Virus record (IMG/VR): IMGVR_UViG_3300035698_001480
Span: 535 to 64,534 of that record
Source of the DNA: a virus
Taxonomy: Duplodnaviria > Caudoviricetes
Length of the DNA: 64,000 nucleotides
Reading direction: 5' to 3' (one strand)
Positions within the stretch are counted from its first letter, which is position 1, and every line of letters begins with the position of its first letter. Shown one piece after another: positions 19,157-28,219 of the stretch. Below the pieces are notes generated by a model. The model was not told the origin of the DNA, ran no database searches, and saw only the letters and a list, made by a program, of their open reading frames with translations. The position numbers and the translations under genes were made by a program.

Positions 19157-19159
19157 TAT

Positions 19160-19504
19160 ATGTTAATAGAAGAAATGTTACAAGAGTATATGAAGTGTAA
19201 GGCTAGTCCTTACTACTTCATTACTAAGTATATAAAGGTTAGGAATAATAAAGAAGAATTAGTATCAATAACTCCTAACATACCAAAAGAAGAATTTGAT
19301 ATTCTTTTTAAAGAGAAAGAGTTAAAAATTCTAGCTAAAGAGTTTAAGTCTATAAACCCAGAGAATCCTTATACAATGGCATTATTAAAAGCCGGTTATC
19401 CAGAAACAGATATTAAGAAGTGTGAAACTTATATAAGAGACTTTCTAAGTAAGGAAGTGATGAAAGCCATGCAAATAGCAGCAGGGGAAGATATTAAAGT
19501 TTAA
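19160..19504 (+). CDS. hypothetical protein
   Basis: 114 aa; N-term EYMKCKASPYYFITKYIKV. Confidence 0.65.
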   Translation: MLIEEMLQEYMKCKASPYYFITKYIKVRNNKEELVSITPNIPKEEFDILFKEKELKILAKEFKSINPENPYTMALLKAGYPETDIKKCETYIRDFLSKEVMKAMQIAAGEDIKV

Positions 19505-19528
19505 TAACAGTAAAATAATAACAGTAAT

Positions 19529-19894
19529 ATGAAGTATTTTGAAGTGACTCTAACTAGAGTAAATAACGGTAAGATTATAAAAGAACTGTATGTGACAAGA
19601 GAAGAAGATTTCTCTATAGCCTATACTAGAATTATACAGGAATTTGAAGAAGACAATTTAGAAGTTGTTGGGATGATTATCAAACCTTATGTTAGTATAA
19701 TAATTAGTAAGGATAAAACTGGTACATTCTATAGACTAACTGTAACATTTACCAACATAGATGATGAAGACTATAAAGAGGTTCATCTAATTCAAGCAGA
19801 AGATGATGTGGAAGCTAAGAGCATCTTACTTAAAGTTTTAGGAGAATACCATACTAATAAGATAGAAGAAACTAAGATTATAGATGTTATTTAG
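19529..19894 (+). CDS. DUF4494-like protein
   Basis: Two-repeat pattern YFEV...KELYV / FYRLTV...LIQAED..EA...IEETKIIDVI. Confidence 0.7.
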   Translation: MKYFEVTLTRVNNGKIIKELYVTREEDFSIAYTRIIQEFEEDNLEVVGMIIKPYVSIIISKDKTGTFYRLTVTFTNIDDEDYKEVHLIQAEDDVEAKSILLKVLGEYHTNKIEETKIIDVI

Positions 19895-19990
19895 TTGTAA
19901 CTATGAATTAACTTTATATAGTTGTAAGGATTTTTTCATGTTTTAGTTTTAAGTGTTTAGGGGGAGCTGTTATGGTTCCTCCCTTTTTTT
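19895..19990 (+). ncRNA. candidate small RNA (hairpin + U-rich anti-start-codon segment + terminator)
   Basis: TTGTAACTAT/ATAGTTGTAA stem, then GGATTTTTTCATGTTTTAGTTTTAAGTGTTT, then terminator. Confidence 0.4.
19959..19990 (+). terminator. rho-independent terminator
   Basis: AGGGGGAGCTG-TTA-TGGTTCCTCCCT followed by T-run. Confidence 0.75.
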
Positions 19991-20047
19991 GTATAATAAA
20001 GTCAAGTAACTGACGCAAAATACTTGACAAATAAATTTAAAGGAAAT

Positions 20048-21073
20048 ATGATTTTATATAAAAAAGATAGTAAGAATAAAATAAGAAGTTTAGAAATTAT
20101 AACTAATGATTCAGAGTTATTACAGATTTCTGGACTACTTGAAGGTAAAAAAGTTACAAATATAAAAGTTTGTAAAAGTAAGAATATAGGAAGATCTAAT
20201 GAAACTTCTCCGGCTGAACAAGCTATACAAGAAATGGGATCAAAAATTAAATCTAAACTAGATGAAGGATATTGTTATTCTGTAGAGAAAGCTAAAAGTA
20301 GTGAATTAATATTACCTATGTTAGCTCAAGATTATTCAAAACATAGACATAAAGTAATATTTCCTTGTTTTGTACAACCTAAGTTAGATGGTATGAGAGG
20401 GCATGGATATTCTAATAAAATACTAAGTAGAAAGAATAAGGAAATTACTACCTTAACACATATCCGGGAATCTATATCTACTATAGGAGATAATATTATT
20501 GATGGGGAATTGTATGCAGAAGGGTTAAGTTTCCAAGAGAATATGAAACTTATTAAAAAATATAGACCAGGTAAAACTGAAGATATAAAGTTTCATGTAT
20601 ATGATATGGTATCGGATAAAACATTTATTGAGAGATATAATGAATTATTTAGATTAACTCTAGGAATGGATAATATAGTTGTAGTTACTACTTTTACTGT
20701 AAATAATGAGGAAGAGCTAAAAGAATACCATAAAAAGTTCCTAGCAGAAGGCTATGAAGGTACTATTATTCGTTGGGGAGATACTAAGTATGAAGTTAAT
20801 AAAAGAAGTTATAGTTTATTAAAGTATAAAGACTTCTTAGATATAACTTCTAAGATTATAGATATTGTTCCTTCAGATGCTAGACCAGATCAAGGTATTA
20901 TTGTATGTAATGGATTTAAGGCTTCTTTAAAGTTTTCTCATACAGAAAGAGCTGAAATTTTAAAAAATAAAGAAGAGTATATTGGACAAATGGCTGAAAT
21001 AAGATTCTTTGAATATACGGATGAGGGTAAGCCTAGATTTCCGGTGTGTGCTGGATTTAGATTAGATAAATAA
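20048..21073 (+). CDS. lig: ATP-dependent DNA ligase
   Basis: PMLA, QPKLDGMR (motif I), DGELY, FHVYD, GYEGTIIR, LLKYK, PRFP; ATG at 20048 preferred over TTG at 20024. Confidence 0.95.
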   Translation: MILYKKDSKNKIRSLEIITNDSELLQISGLLEGKKVTNIKVCKSKNIGRSNETSPAEQAIQEMGSKIKSKLDEGYCYSVEKAKSSELILPMLAQDYSKHRHKVIFPCFVQPKLDGMRGHGYSNKILSRKNKEITTLTHIRESISTIGDNIIDGELYAEGLSFQENMKLIKKYRPGKTEDIKFHVYDMVSDKTFIERYNELFRLTLGMDNIVVVTTFTVNNEEELKEYHKKFLAEGYEGTIIRWGDTKYEVNKRSYSLLKYKDFLDITSKIIDIVPSDARPDQGIIVCNGFKASLKFSHTERAEILKNKEEYIGQMAEIRFFEYTDEGKPRFPVCAGFRLDK

Positions 21074-21087
21074 TAAATTTAAAGACT

Positions 21088-21693
21088 ATGGAGAGTGTAA
21101 ATAACATAGAACAAATAGCAGAATTGCTAAGATTTGATAGTGATGATGATTTTTATCATTTACAGATAATCAAACGTAAGAAAGAACATCCTGATTTAGG
21201 ATCTAATAATCATATAGTTAAGACTTATTATGTCTCTAGTATGGAGTATTTAAGACTAAAAATGCCTGAGATTATTAATTTGTGTAACTTTCATAATGCT
21301 AGAGCTGGTATAAATCTTAATAAAAGAAGTTATGAAAGAATAGCTTTCCAGACACTAAAGAAAGTTACAGACTGTATATTAAAGAAAGACTATAGATCTG
21401 TAAGAAGATCTTATAATAGTACTTGTGGTAAGTTTAGTTATGATAAAGATAAGAGTTGGATCTTAGATGTAGATGTTAAAGATCTTGATTTGTGTAACAC
21501 TATTATAAAATCATTAGAGGTATTACAACCTGAAGGCGATAAGTTCAAAGCTATCTTACCAACTAAGAATGGTTTTCATATAATAACTAAACCTTTTAAT
21601 ACACAAGAGTATAATCAATTAGATATTTGGGATACTTTTGAAAAACCTGAGATACATAAAGATAATCCTACGATTTTATATTGTTTAAAATAA
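21088..21693 (+). CDS. conserved phage protein with AEP/primase-polymerase-like motifs
   Basis: WILDVD and PTKNGFHII resemble AEP motifs I and II. Confidence 0.6.
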   Translation: MESVNNIEQIAELLRFDSDDDFYHLQIIKRKKEHPDLGSNNHIVKTYYVSSMEYLRLKMPEIINLCNFHNARAGINLNKRSYERIAFQTLKKVTDCILKKDYRSVRRSYNSTCGKFSYDKDKSWILDVDVKDLDLCNTIIKSLEVLQPEGDKFKAILPTKNGFHIITKPFNTQEYNQLDIWDTFEKPEIHKDNPTILYCLK

Positions 21694-21698
21694 ATATC

Positions 21699-22061
21699 AT
21701 GAAAAATAAATACTATTTACAAATAGAAATAAGATATAATATCCCTGAAGATGAATCATTACCCGATGATTATCAAAAAACATACTTTAATAAATTTACA
21801 CATTCAGAATTGTTTAGTACAGAAAAAGAGTGTATTGATTATGGGAATAAGGTGATAGAATCTAATCCTTGGATTGAACAATATCCTGGACATAAAGGAT
21901 GTAGATTAGACAGAAAATTCGGGTATCCTCTAGTAGCCCCGAATTTAAAAAATGATGCTCAAATATTTATTAGTGTACTATCTTTAAAAGTAACTGACTT
22001 TGAAACTATGAACTTAGAACTACAAAAGTTTAATGTAAATAAAATAACAGAAGAATTATGA
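21699..22061 (+). CDS. hypothetical protein
   Basis: ATG at 21699 within track ORF 21681-22061. Confidence 0.65.
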   Translation: MKNKYYLQIEIRYNIPEDESLPDDYQKTYFNKFTHSELFSTEKECIDYGNKVIESNPWIEQYPGHKGCRLDRKFGYPLVAPNLKNDAQIFISVLSLKVTDFETMNLELQKFNVNKITEEL

Positions 22062-22390
22062 CAGTCGAAGAAATACAAGAAGGTAATATTCTTATAAAAG
22101 AGTGGTTAGGTTTTACATTTATTTGTAGAGGTGTCCTTGGAGATATAAGACCTTATTATACCATTAAAGGTATTACAGGTGCTACAAATGATGACTACTT
22201 AAAATTTCATACAAATGTAGATTGGCAATGGGTTTGTTTAGAGAAAATTAAAAACATCTTAGGGTTAGATATTATAGATACTCTTATGAGACTAGTAGGA
22301 ATTGATAGTAGAATAGATTCTAAAATGAAAATATTTGAAACAATAATAACTTATATAAAAGGAAATGTTACTGGAAATATTTTAACTTGA
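22058..22390 (+). CDS. hypothetical protein
   Basis: 110 aa; N.LI.EWLG...LKFH...DW...LEKI pattern. Confidence 0.65.
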   Translation: MTVEEIQEGNILIKEWLGFTFICRGVLGDIRPYYTIKGITGATNDDYLKFHTNVDWQWVCLEKIKNILGLDIIDTLMRLVGIDSRIDSKMKIFETIITYIKGNVTGNILT

Positions 22391-22396
22391 AAGAAA

Positions 22397-22576
22397 ATGG
22401 AAAATACTAAAGAAGATGCAGGTACAGAAATAGATAAATGTCCTAATTGTAATATAGAATTAGAATGGGATAATGTGACAGATGTACAAGGAGGTAATAT
22501 ACTAATAAGTACTTTTGTACAATATTGTCCTGAATGCTTATATGTACATGATAGTAATATAAAACTAAGTAAGTAA
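22397..22576 (+). CDS. small zinc-ribbon protein (59 aa)
   Basis: CPNC...CPEC. Confidence 0.6.
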   Translation: MENTKEDAGTEIDKCPNCNIELEWDNVTDVQGGNILISTFVQYCPECLYVHDSNIKLSK

Positions 22577-22579
22577 ATT

Positions 22580-22804
22580 ATGACTAAAGAAGAAATACAA
22601 GCGCAACTTAATATATATGAAGGGTTACCAAAAACTAAAATAGTAACAACTCATATAAACAATTTAAAAAAACTAATACTAAAAGCTAAATCTATTAAAG
22701 ACATACAACAAGAAGTTTTTACTGTAGGACAGAACTCCGTAAGAAATGGGAATGATTTAACATTTGAAGAGTATTTAAAAAGTATAAAAGATGCAAGTAA
22801 CTAA
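22580..22804 (+). CDS. hypothetical protein
   Basis: 74-aa ORF. Confidence 0.6.
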   Translation: MTKEEIQAQLNIYEGLPKTKIVTTHINNLKKLILKAKSIKDIQQEVFTVGQNSVRNGNDLTFEEYLKSIKDASN

Positions 22805-22964
22805 GTGTATTGTTATAGAAAGAACAACTAAAGGATTTAAAGTAAAAAGAGATCAAACTCTTAAACTTCATTACTGTGAGAAATCTGGTGAAATTACCGG
22901 CACTGTAAAAGGTATTAAAGTAAATAATAAATGGCAAAAAACTAATAAATCTAAACTTATATAA
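22791..22964 (+). CDS. small basic hypothetical protein (57 aa)
   Basis: MQVTKCIVIERTTKGFKVK...; TAATG coupling to next ORF. Confidence 0.5.
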   Translation: MQVTKCIVIERTTKGFKVKRDQTLKLHYCEKSGEITGTVKGIKVNNKWQKTNKSKLI

Positions 22965-23223
22965 TGGAAGCTAAGATAATAGGAATTATAAAAAGTACAG
23001 CTGGAAATGGTTACAAAGCTAAGCAAATAATAATAATAGATGATTCTGCTATTGGGTAGTTAGAAGAACTCTAGTTCCAGTAGATAATATTTATATGCTT
23101 TATTATGTACACCATGAAAAAGCTATAAAGACATTTAAAGATCATATACTATTTGAATTTATATTTAGTATTAAGAAAGAGTCATTCAATTTAATTAAAG
23201 AAATGTTAGAAGATGAAAATTAA
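22964..23223 (+). pseudogene. hypothetical gene apparently frameshifted at GGG 23054-23056
   Basis: 31 codons to TAG; the -1 frame continues (VVRRTLVPVDN...) to TAA 23221-23223 overlapping the next start. Confidence 0.4.
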
Positions 23224-23851
23224 GAATACTAAAGTATATGGATTAGAAGAGAGTATTGTCCGTTCAGGATACCCTATGCAAGTGGGGGAACCAGAGGATT
23301 TATATTCAAATAATAGTTACTTCTTAAAAGAATTGAAAACCTTAGATTTATATGGACATGTATCGAGAGCTAAGAAATTAGGTAAAGTTAAATCAGGTAT
23401 AGGTCATGATAATTATTTAAAAGGTATTATTGTTCAATTTGATTTACAATACCCTGAATACTTTAGTCCCCAACTACAGAGATATAGCTGGGTTGATATT
23501 ATAAGTAGTCAGAGTAAGATGCATAAGATTACTAGTAGACCTTTAACTCAAGAAGATTTTACTGAAAGAGTTTGGAGTACTATTATAAAAGAACTTAATA
23601 GTTGTATTGAATGGTATAATTCAGCAATACCTGCAATAGAGAGAAGATATTATTTTGATGAAATAATATCAAATCTACCTTGTGGGTATTTAAAATGGAT
23701 GGGAATCTCTACTAATTACTTACAACTTAAGACTATATATTGGCAAAGAAAGAATCATAAACTTTCAGAATGGCAATACTTTTGTAATTGGATAGAAGAA
23801 CTTCCAAGATTTAAAGAACTAGTATTAAATATAAAAGAAAATGAACTATAA
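23213..23851 (+). CDS. ThyX-like (flavin-dependent thymidylate synthase-like) protein
   Basis: GHDNYLKGIIVQFD, QLQRY, SSQSKMH, NLP.G, NYLQLKTIY.QRKNHKL.EW. Confidence 0.7.
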   Translation: MKIKNTKVYGLEESIVRSGYPMQVGEPEDLYSNNSYFLKELKTLDLYGHVSRAKKLGKVKSGIGHDNYLKGIIVQFDLQYPEYFSPQLQRYSWVDIISSQSKMHKITSRPLTQEDFTERVWSTIIKELNSCIEWYNSAIPAIERRYYFDEIISNLPCGYLKWMGISTNYLQLKTIYWQRKNHKLSEWQYFCNWIEELPRFKELVLNIKENEL

Positions 23852-24002
23852 AGCTAAAGAATTACTAGTAGATCAACTATTCAGTAATTCAAATGAATTT
23901 AATACATTTAAACCAGATACTATTGAAGCAGATTAGATATAGATAGGTATTCAATACTAAATGCTAAACTAATAATAAGTTAATATAAAAGAAGATTAAA
24001 TT

Positions 24003-24839
24003 ATGGATAAAATAAAATTAGTGCTGGAGGGGATATATAAACGTAAGGAGCTTAGGAAAAGAGTAGTTCCTATATTTATGGGAGACCCTGGTTTAGGAAA
24101 GACACAGATAATCAATGAGTTCGTACAGTTTGCTAATGATAATAAGGTTAATTTCGTAGATTTCTTCGGGACTACAGGAATAGACCCTAAACTTACTGAG
24201 TATATAGGATCTCAAATATCTCCGTTAGAGGTAAGCGGTATAGGGATGCCTGACGCAGATACTAAGCAAATGGTTTACTATAACTTCAATAAGTTAGCCA
24301 GTCTTAAAGATGGAGATATTCTATTCTTTGATGAATTACCTAATAGTAATCCAGCAACTTTGAATAGTCTGCTAACCTTAATTGAAGGTAGGGTAATGTT
24401 ATCTGGGGATAAATTACCAGATATAATGATATGTGCTGCTGGTAATTATCAAGGTATGTCACCAATGACTCCCCAAATAAAGAGAAGGTTTATGTGGTAT
24501 AATGTGAAATTTAATTCACGTATGTGGGTTGAGTTTATGAAGTCTAAATATAGTATGCCTAGAAATGTAGGTTATAAATTAGCTAGATTGATTCAAAGTG
24601 AGGAGTTTGATGGTTATAATTTTAATACGGCTGCTGACCTTGATAAGGTAACTGACATGGCTATTTATGAAGTTCCGTTACCAGATGAGTATAGAGAGAT
24701 AGTTACAGTATTGGATACTTTAATTGAAAATACTGAAGAAGGTAAGATTCAATTAGCTGATAATGTATTTTTAGAACCTAATGAATCTATTTCATGGCTA
24801 AAGCTTAAGAAATATCAAGCTGGAGTATTAACTAACTAA
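24003..24839 (+). CDS. MoxR-like AAA+ ATPase
   Basis: Walker A GDPGLGKT, Walker B LFFDEL, sensor AAGN, arginine finger KRRF. Confidence 0.88.
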   Translation: MDKIKLVLEGIYKRKELRKRVVPIFMGDPGLGKTQIINEFVQFANDNKVNFVDFFGTTGIDPKLTEYIGSQISPLEVSGIGMPDADTKQMVYYNFNKLASLKDGDILFFDELPNSNPATLNSLLTLIEGRVMLSGDKLPDIMICAAGNYQGMSPMTPQIKRRFMWYNVKFNSRMWVEFMKSKYSMPRNVGYKLARLIQSEEFDGYNFNTAADLDKVTDMAIYEVPLPDEYREIVTVLDTLIENTEEGKIQLADNVFLEPNESISWLKLKKYQAGVLTN

Positions 24840-24853
24840 CCAACCAAATTAAA

Positions 24854-25867
24854 ATGAAAAAATTATTAACAAGTAAAAAGTTTAAGCTTCCTGAACTGTA
24901 CTTTATTACAGACAGAGGGGAGATAAAGGATTTACCAATAGGTGTTCCATTTATCTGGGGAGATGCTAGAGATGAAAAGCATTTGATTAGAATATTGGAA
25001 TATGAAATATTATTCCAAAAAGCTATTAAATCAGGTATGCCATTTAATTTCAAAAAGATTCTAGCTGATGAAGGTTATGAATTACAAGCTTTTGATTGGC
25101 AATTAACTTCATTCATGGATCATAATACAGATCTTGGAGATGATTGGGATATTGAATCAGAGGATTCTACTGCTGAGAAAATAGATCCTACAAGTAACTT
25201 ACTTAAACAGTATATTAAGGATTCTGTTGCTATAGTAGATATTAAGAAACTTAAGGATTTAAATGTATTTCCTCTATGGTTAGATAAGATTGAAGAAGCT
25301 GTAAATACTAATATTCATAACTTTGCTGTATATGATTATAATATGTACAATAAGAAGTTAGGTGGGATGTATGGCAATTTAACCTTTAATTCTCCAGGCA
25401 AGAATCTTATAGGTATAGATATATCTTGCAGTATACCTAAAGGAGTTGGCTCTACTATATTAACTACGGCTAAGAACTTAGCTCAAAACTTCTATGCTGA
25501 CATTATAATTACAGGACGTAAGACTAAGTTTATTCCTTACGAAGAATTACATACTCTTAATATTGAAACCGCTTATGAGTTGTATGGTAATGGTCAAGAA
25601 TGTAAAGAATTTAGGAGATTATTAACTTCTGAAAGAAGGATATACAGGACAGCTATTGTATTTGGAGATAATAATGATATTGGGAATGGTTGGAATGATG
25701 AGCCTAGAGTTTCAGATGAAGATGGTAAGAAGCAATGTTTATGGGAAGTAAATAAACTTATAAGCTTTCACACGACTTCTGACAAGGCATTAGCGGGTTT
25801 TGCTAGATGGTTTAGTCCAATAGAGACTGAGAAGATTAGTGACTGGGTTAAGTATTTAGATAATTAG
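24854..25867 (+). CDS. vWA-like partner of the MoxR ATPase
   Basis: LIGIDISCSI (DxSxS MIDAS), GNG, AIVFGD; adjacent to MoxR gene. Confidence 0.65.
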   Translation: MKKLLTSKKFKLPELYFITDRGEIKDLPIGVPFIWGDARDEKHLIRILEYEILFQKAIKSGMPFNFKKILADEGYELQAFDWQLTSFMDHNTDLGDDWDIESEDSTAEKIDPTSNLLKQYIKDSVAIVDIKKLKDLNVFPLWLDKIEEAVNTNIHNFAVYDYNMYNKKLGGMYGNLTFNSPGKNLIGIDISCSIPKGVGSTILTTAKNLAQNFYADIIITGRKTKFIPYEELHTLNIETAYELYGNGQECKEFRRLLTSERRIYRTAIVFGDNNDIGNGWNDEPRVSDEDGKKQCLWEVNKLISFHTTSDKALAGFARWFSPIETEKISDWVKYLDN

Positions 25868-25923
25868 TGACTTAAAACAGTACAAAATAAATTTATAATT
25901 AATTAATAATAAAAAACAATAAG

Positions 25924-26418
25924 ATGAACACATTTGTAAAAAATACAGAATTAAAATTAGTAAATGGTGGTTATTTAGTAACAGGTAAAGAAAATATTCC
26001 TGTAAATCATCCTGAATTTGCAGTAGCACAGAAACATGCTGAGTATATTATTGCATTCGCTAAAGCAGCAGAAGGTAAAGATTTTAAAGGTAAGAAAGCA
26101 GACTCATTAGAAGAATTAAAAGCATTAGTAACTAGCTCTCTTTATGAGAAGAAGACTATTGAATTTGTAGCTAAACCTAAGAAAGTAACTAAACCTCTAC
26201 AGGATAAGTTAGCTAAAGAAGCCTTAGCATTTATGGACTTTGGTAAAGAAGAGGATAAAGTAGATAAAATCAATACTTTCTTATCTAGATTTGAAATTAT
26301 CCATGAATTTGAAGAATTTGGATTGTATTTTGAACAGTCTATTACTAAGCTTAATAATATCTATACAATGGCTGAGATTACTAAAGCTGTGACAGATACT
26401 ATTGGATTACTGGATTAA
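25924..26418 (+). CDS. hypothetical protein
   Basis: 164 aa; followed by a strong terminator. Confidence 0.75.
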   Translation: MNTFVKNTELKLVNGGYLVTGKENIPVNHPEFAVAQKHAEYIIAFAKAAEGKDFKGKKADSLEELKALVTSSLYEKKTIEFVAKPKKVTKPLQDKLAKEALAFMDFGKEEDKVDKINTFLSRFEIIHEFEEFGLYFEQSITKLNNIYTMAEITKAVTDTIGLLD

Positions 26419-26436
26419 GGTTACATTATAAACTAC

Positions 26437-26472
26437 ACCCTACTATTATTAAGTTAATAGTAGGGTTTTTTA
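26437..26472 (+). terminator. rho-independent terminator
   Basis: ACCCTACTATTA-TTAAGT-TAATAGTAGGGT then T-run. Confidence 0.85.
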
Positions 26473-26493
26473 TTTTAAAATTAATTAATAATT

Positions 26494-27249
26494 ATGAAGA
26501 AAAATATAGATGCTGCTATTGAGTGGCTTAAGGATCAACCTTTGAATCCAAAGGGAATTATTACAGGTAGTACTGTATTAGGATATTTTGAAGGTCAAGA
26601 TGTGGACTGCTTCCTATACGACCAAGCTAGTTTTACAAAGGTTCTTTATGCTATGCATTTCGATCCAATGTTCAACATCCTAGACCCTCTAGAATTTTGG
26701 AAATTTGATAAAACCATCAGCGAGAATAAAGACCCTTTAGCAGGTTTTCCTGTATTAACTATTAAATTCATGTACAACCTTGCTGTACCAGTTAATATCA
26801 TACTTAAAAAAGGAGCTAAGGATGCTTTTAGCGTATTGAAATCATTTGATTTAGATATCCTAGCTAAAGGTTATGACTTACAAACTAAACAAGTATTAGA
26901 TATAACTGGTAATCCTGAAGGTAAAATAGCTAGTTGGAATAAATGGCAGGACACTTATTATAGTTTTGAACCTTGGGCTATTAATAAGGTTTTAAGACAA
27001 TTAGATAGAGCTATTAAGTACCATAGGCGTGGTTACAACACAGATGACTTAGTATTAAAATATATTGAATTAATAGACAAAATACAAGCCCATGATAATG
27101 TATTTAACTCTGAAACTTATTCTATTAAGTTAAAGATTAACAAAAAGAATACTAAAATGGTTAAAGGTATTTGTGAATTATGGTTAAAAGATCATAAGAT
27201 GAGTGACAAACAATTAGAGTTATTAAGAACTAAATTAAGAGAGATTTAA
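26494..27249 (+). CDS. Pol-beta superfamily nucleotidyltransferase (CCA/polyA-polymerase head-like)
   Basis: ITGS...QDVDCF (hG[GS]..DhD), VNII, SFDLDI, RAIKYHRRGY. Confidence 0.75.
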   Translation: MKKNIDAAIEWLKDQPLNPKGIITGSTVLGYFEGQDVDCFLYDQASFTKVLYAMHFDPMFNILDPLEFWKFDKTISENKDPLAGFPVLTIKFMYNLAVPVNIILKKGAKDAFSVLKSFDLDILAKGYDLQTKQVLDITGNPEGKIASWNKWQDTYYSFEPWAINKVLRQLDRAIKYHRRGYNTDDLVLKYIELIDKIQAHDNVFNSETYSIKLKINKKNTKMVKGICELWLKDHKMSDKQLELLRTKLREI

Positions 27250-27250
27250 G

Positions 27251-27457
27251 ATGGAAGAAATTAAAGTATTTAGTATAGATGACTTTCTAAACGCATTAGA
27301 AAATTCTGAGAAGATGGAAAATAATTTGCCTAATAATGCTGACACTTGGTCCAGGATTGGTAATAATGATTCATTTGAGGAATTAGGTTTAAGTCCTGAA
27401 GAGTTAGAAGTATTTTTAGAAGAATGGAGAAATAATAATTCTTATGCAAACCTTTAA
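27251..27457 (+). CDS. small acidic protein
   Basis: 68 aa, D/E-rich. Confidence 0.6.
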   Translation: MEEIKVFSIDDFLNALENSEKMENNLPNNADTWSRIGNNDSFEELGLSPEELEVFLEEWRNNNSYANL

Positions 27458-27470
27458 TAAATTGATAGTT

Positions 27471-27743
27471 ATGGAAAAGAATAAGATAGAAACTTTCATT
27501 GAAGCTAATAACTTAGTATTTGATGATTCAGGAAGTAATTTGAATGGTAACTGTGTAGTATTAGCTGGGTATGCTTTGTATATCGGTATTGTGGATAATG
27601 AATCATTAAATAATGAATTAACCGATACAGTACTAAGTGAGACAGCATTTGATGAATTAAAAAGAGTATTCAATTATGCTGATAGTAGTAATTATGGTAG
27701 GTGGTGGACTAAGCCAGAAGCTCATAAAATGTATAACTTCTAA
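27471..27743 (+). CDS. hypothetical helical protein, possibly PriCT-like primase C-terminal domain
   Basis: GSNLN..C.VLAGYA...ELKRVFNYA; coupled to Prim-Pol; start may be 27444. Confidence 0.45.
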   Translation: MEKNKIETFIEANNLVFDDSGSNLNGNCVVLAGYALYIGIVDNESLNNELTDTVLSETAFDELKRVFNYADSSNYGRWWTKPEAHKMYNF

Positions 27744-28216
27744 TGAAATCATTTTTAATTAAAAATAAGACAACTACTTCTAAATCATACCCCCTAGTTA
27801 AATGGGGGATGATTCCAGATGGAGTGTTTTACGTGGGAGATACTCCTATAGAGTATTCCTTAGCAGTATCTCCATCAACAGGAATAGTTATTGTTGATGT
27901 AGATAGACATGGAGTTATAGATGGGTTTGATAATATACCTAAAAATCTTGAAGAAGAGTTGTATGGTACACTACATTATCCTACTAAGAATAATGGTATG
28001 CATTGCTGGTTTAAATATACAGGTAGTGGGATATTAGCTAATAAGGCTAGTAATGTAGGTATAGATTTAAGAGTTGGTCCTAGTAATAATAACTCTGGAG
28101 GATATGTTGTATATTATCCAGATAATGATATTAGAGATCAAATATATTTAATTAAAGAATCATCTAAAGAACTTAATATTTGGTTAGAGAGCTTATTTGG
28201 ATACGTAAATAAATAG
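27743..28216 (+). CDS. bifunctional primase-polymerase (Prim-Pol) N-terminal domain protein
   Basis: PLVKW, IVIVDVD, PTKNNGMHCWF, GIDLR, GGYVV. Confidence 0.85.
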   Translation: MKSFLIKNKTTTSKSYPLVKWGMIPDGVFYVGDTPIEYSLAVSPSTGIVIVDVDRHGVIDGFDNIPKNLEEELYGTLHYPTKNNGMHCWFKYTGSGILANKASNVGIDLRVGPSNNNSGGYVVYYPDNDIRDQIYLIKESSKELNIWLESLFGYVNK

Positions 28217-28219
28217 GAT

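Noticed and set aside
2167-27673. Minus-strand ORFs in the replication block (2167, 2683, 3430, 4815, 5717, 6161, 12113, 12618, 22719, 24832, 27416)
   Set aside because: Overlap well-supported + strand genes; 5717-6049 is covered by three coupled small + strand ORFs
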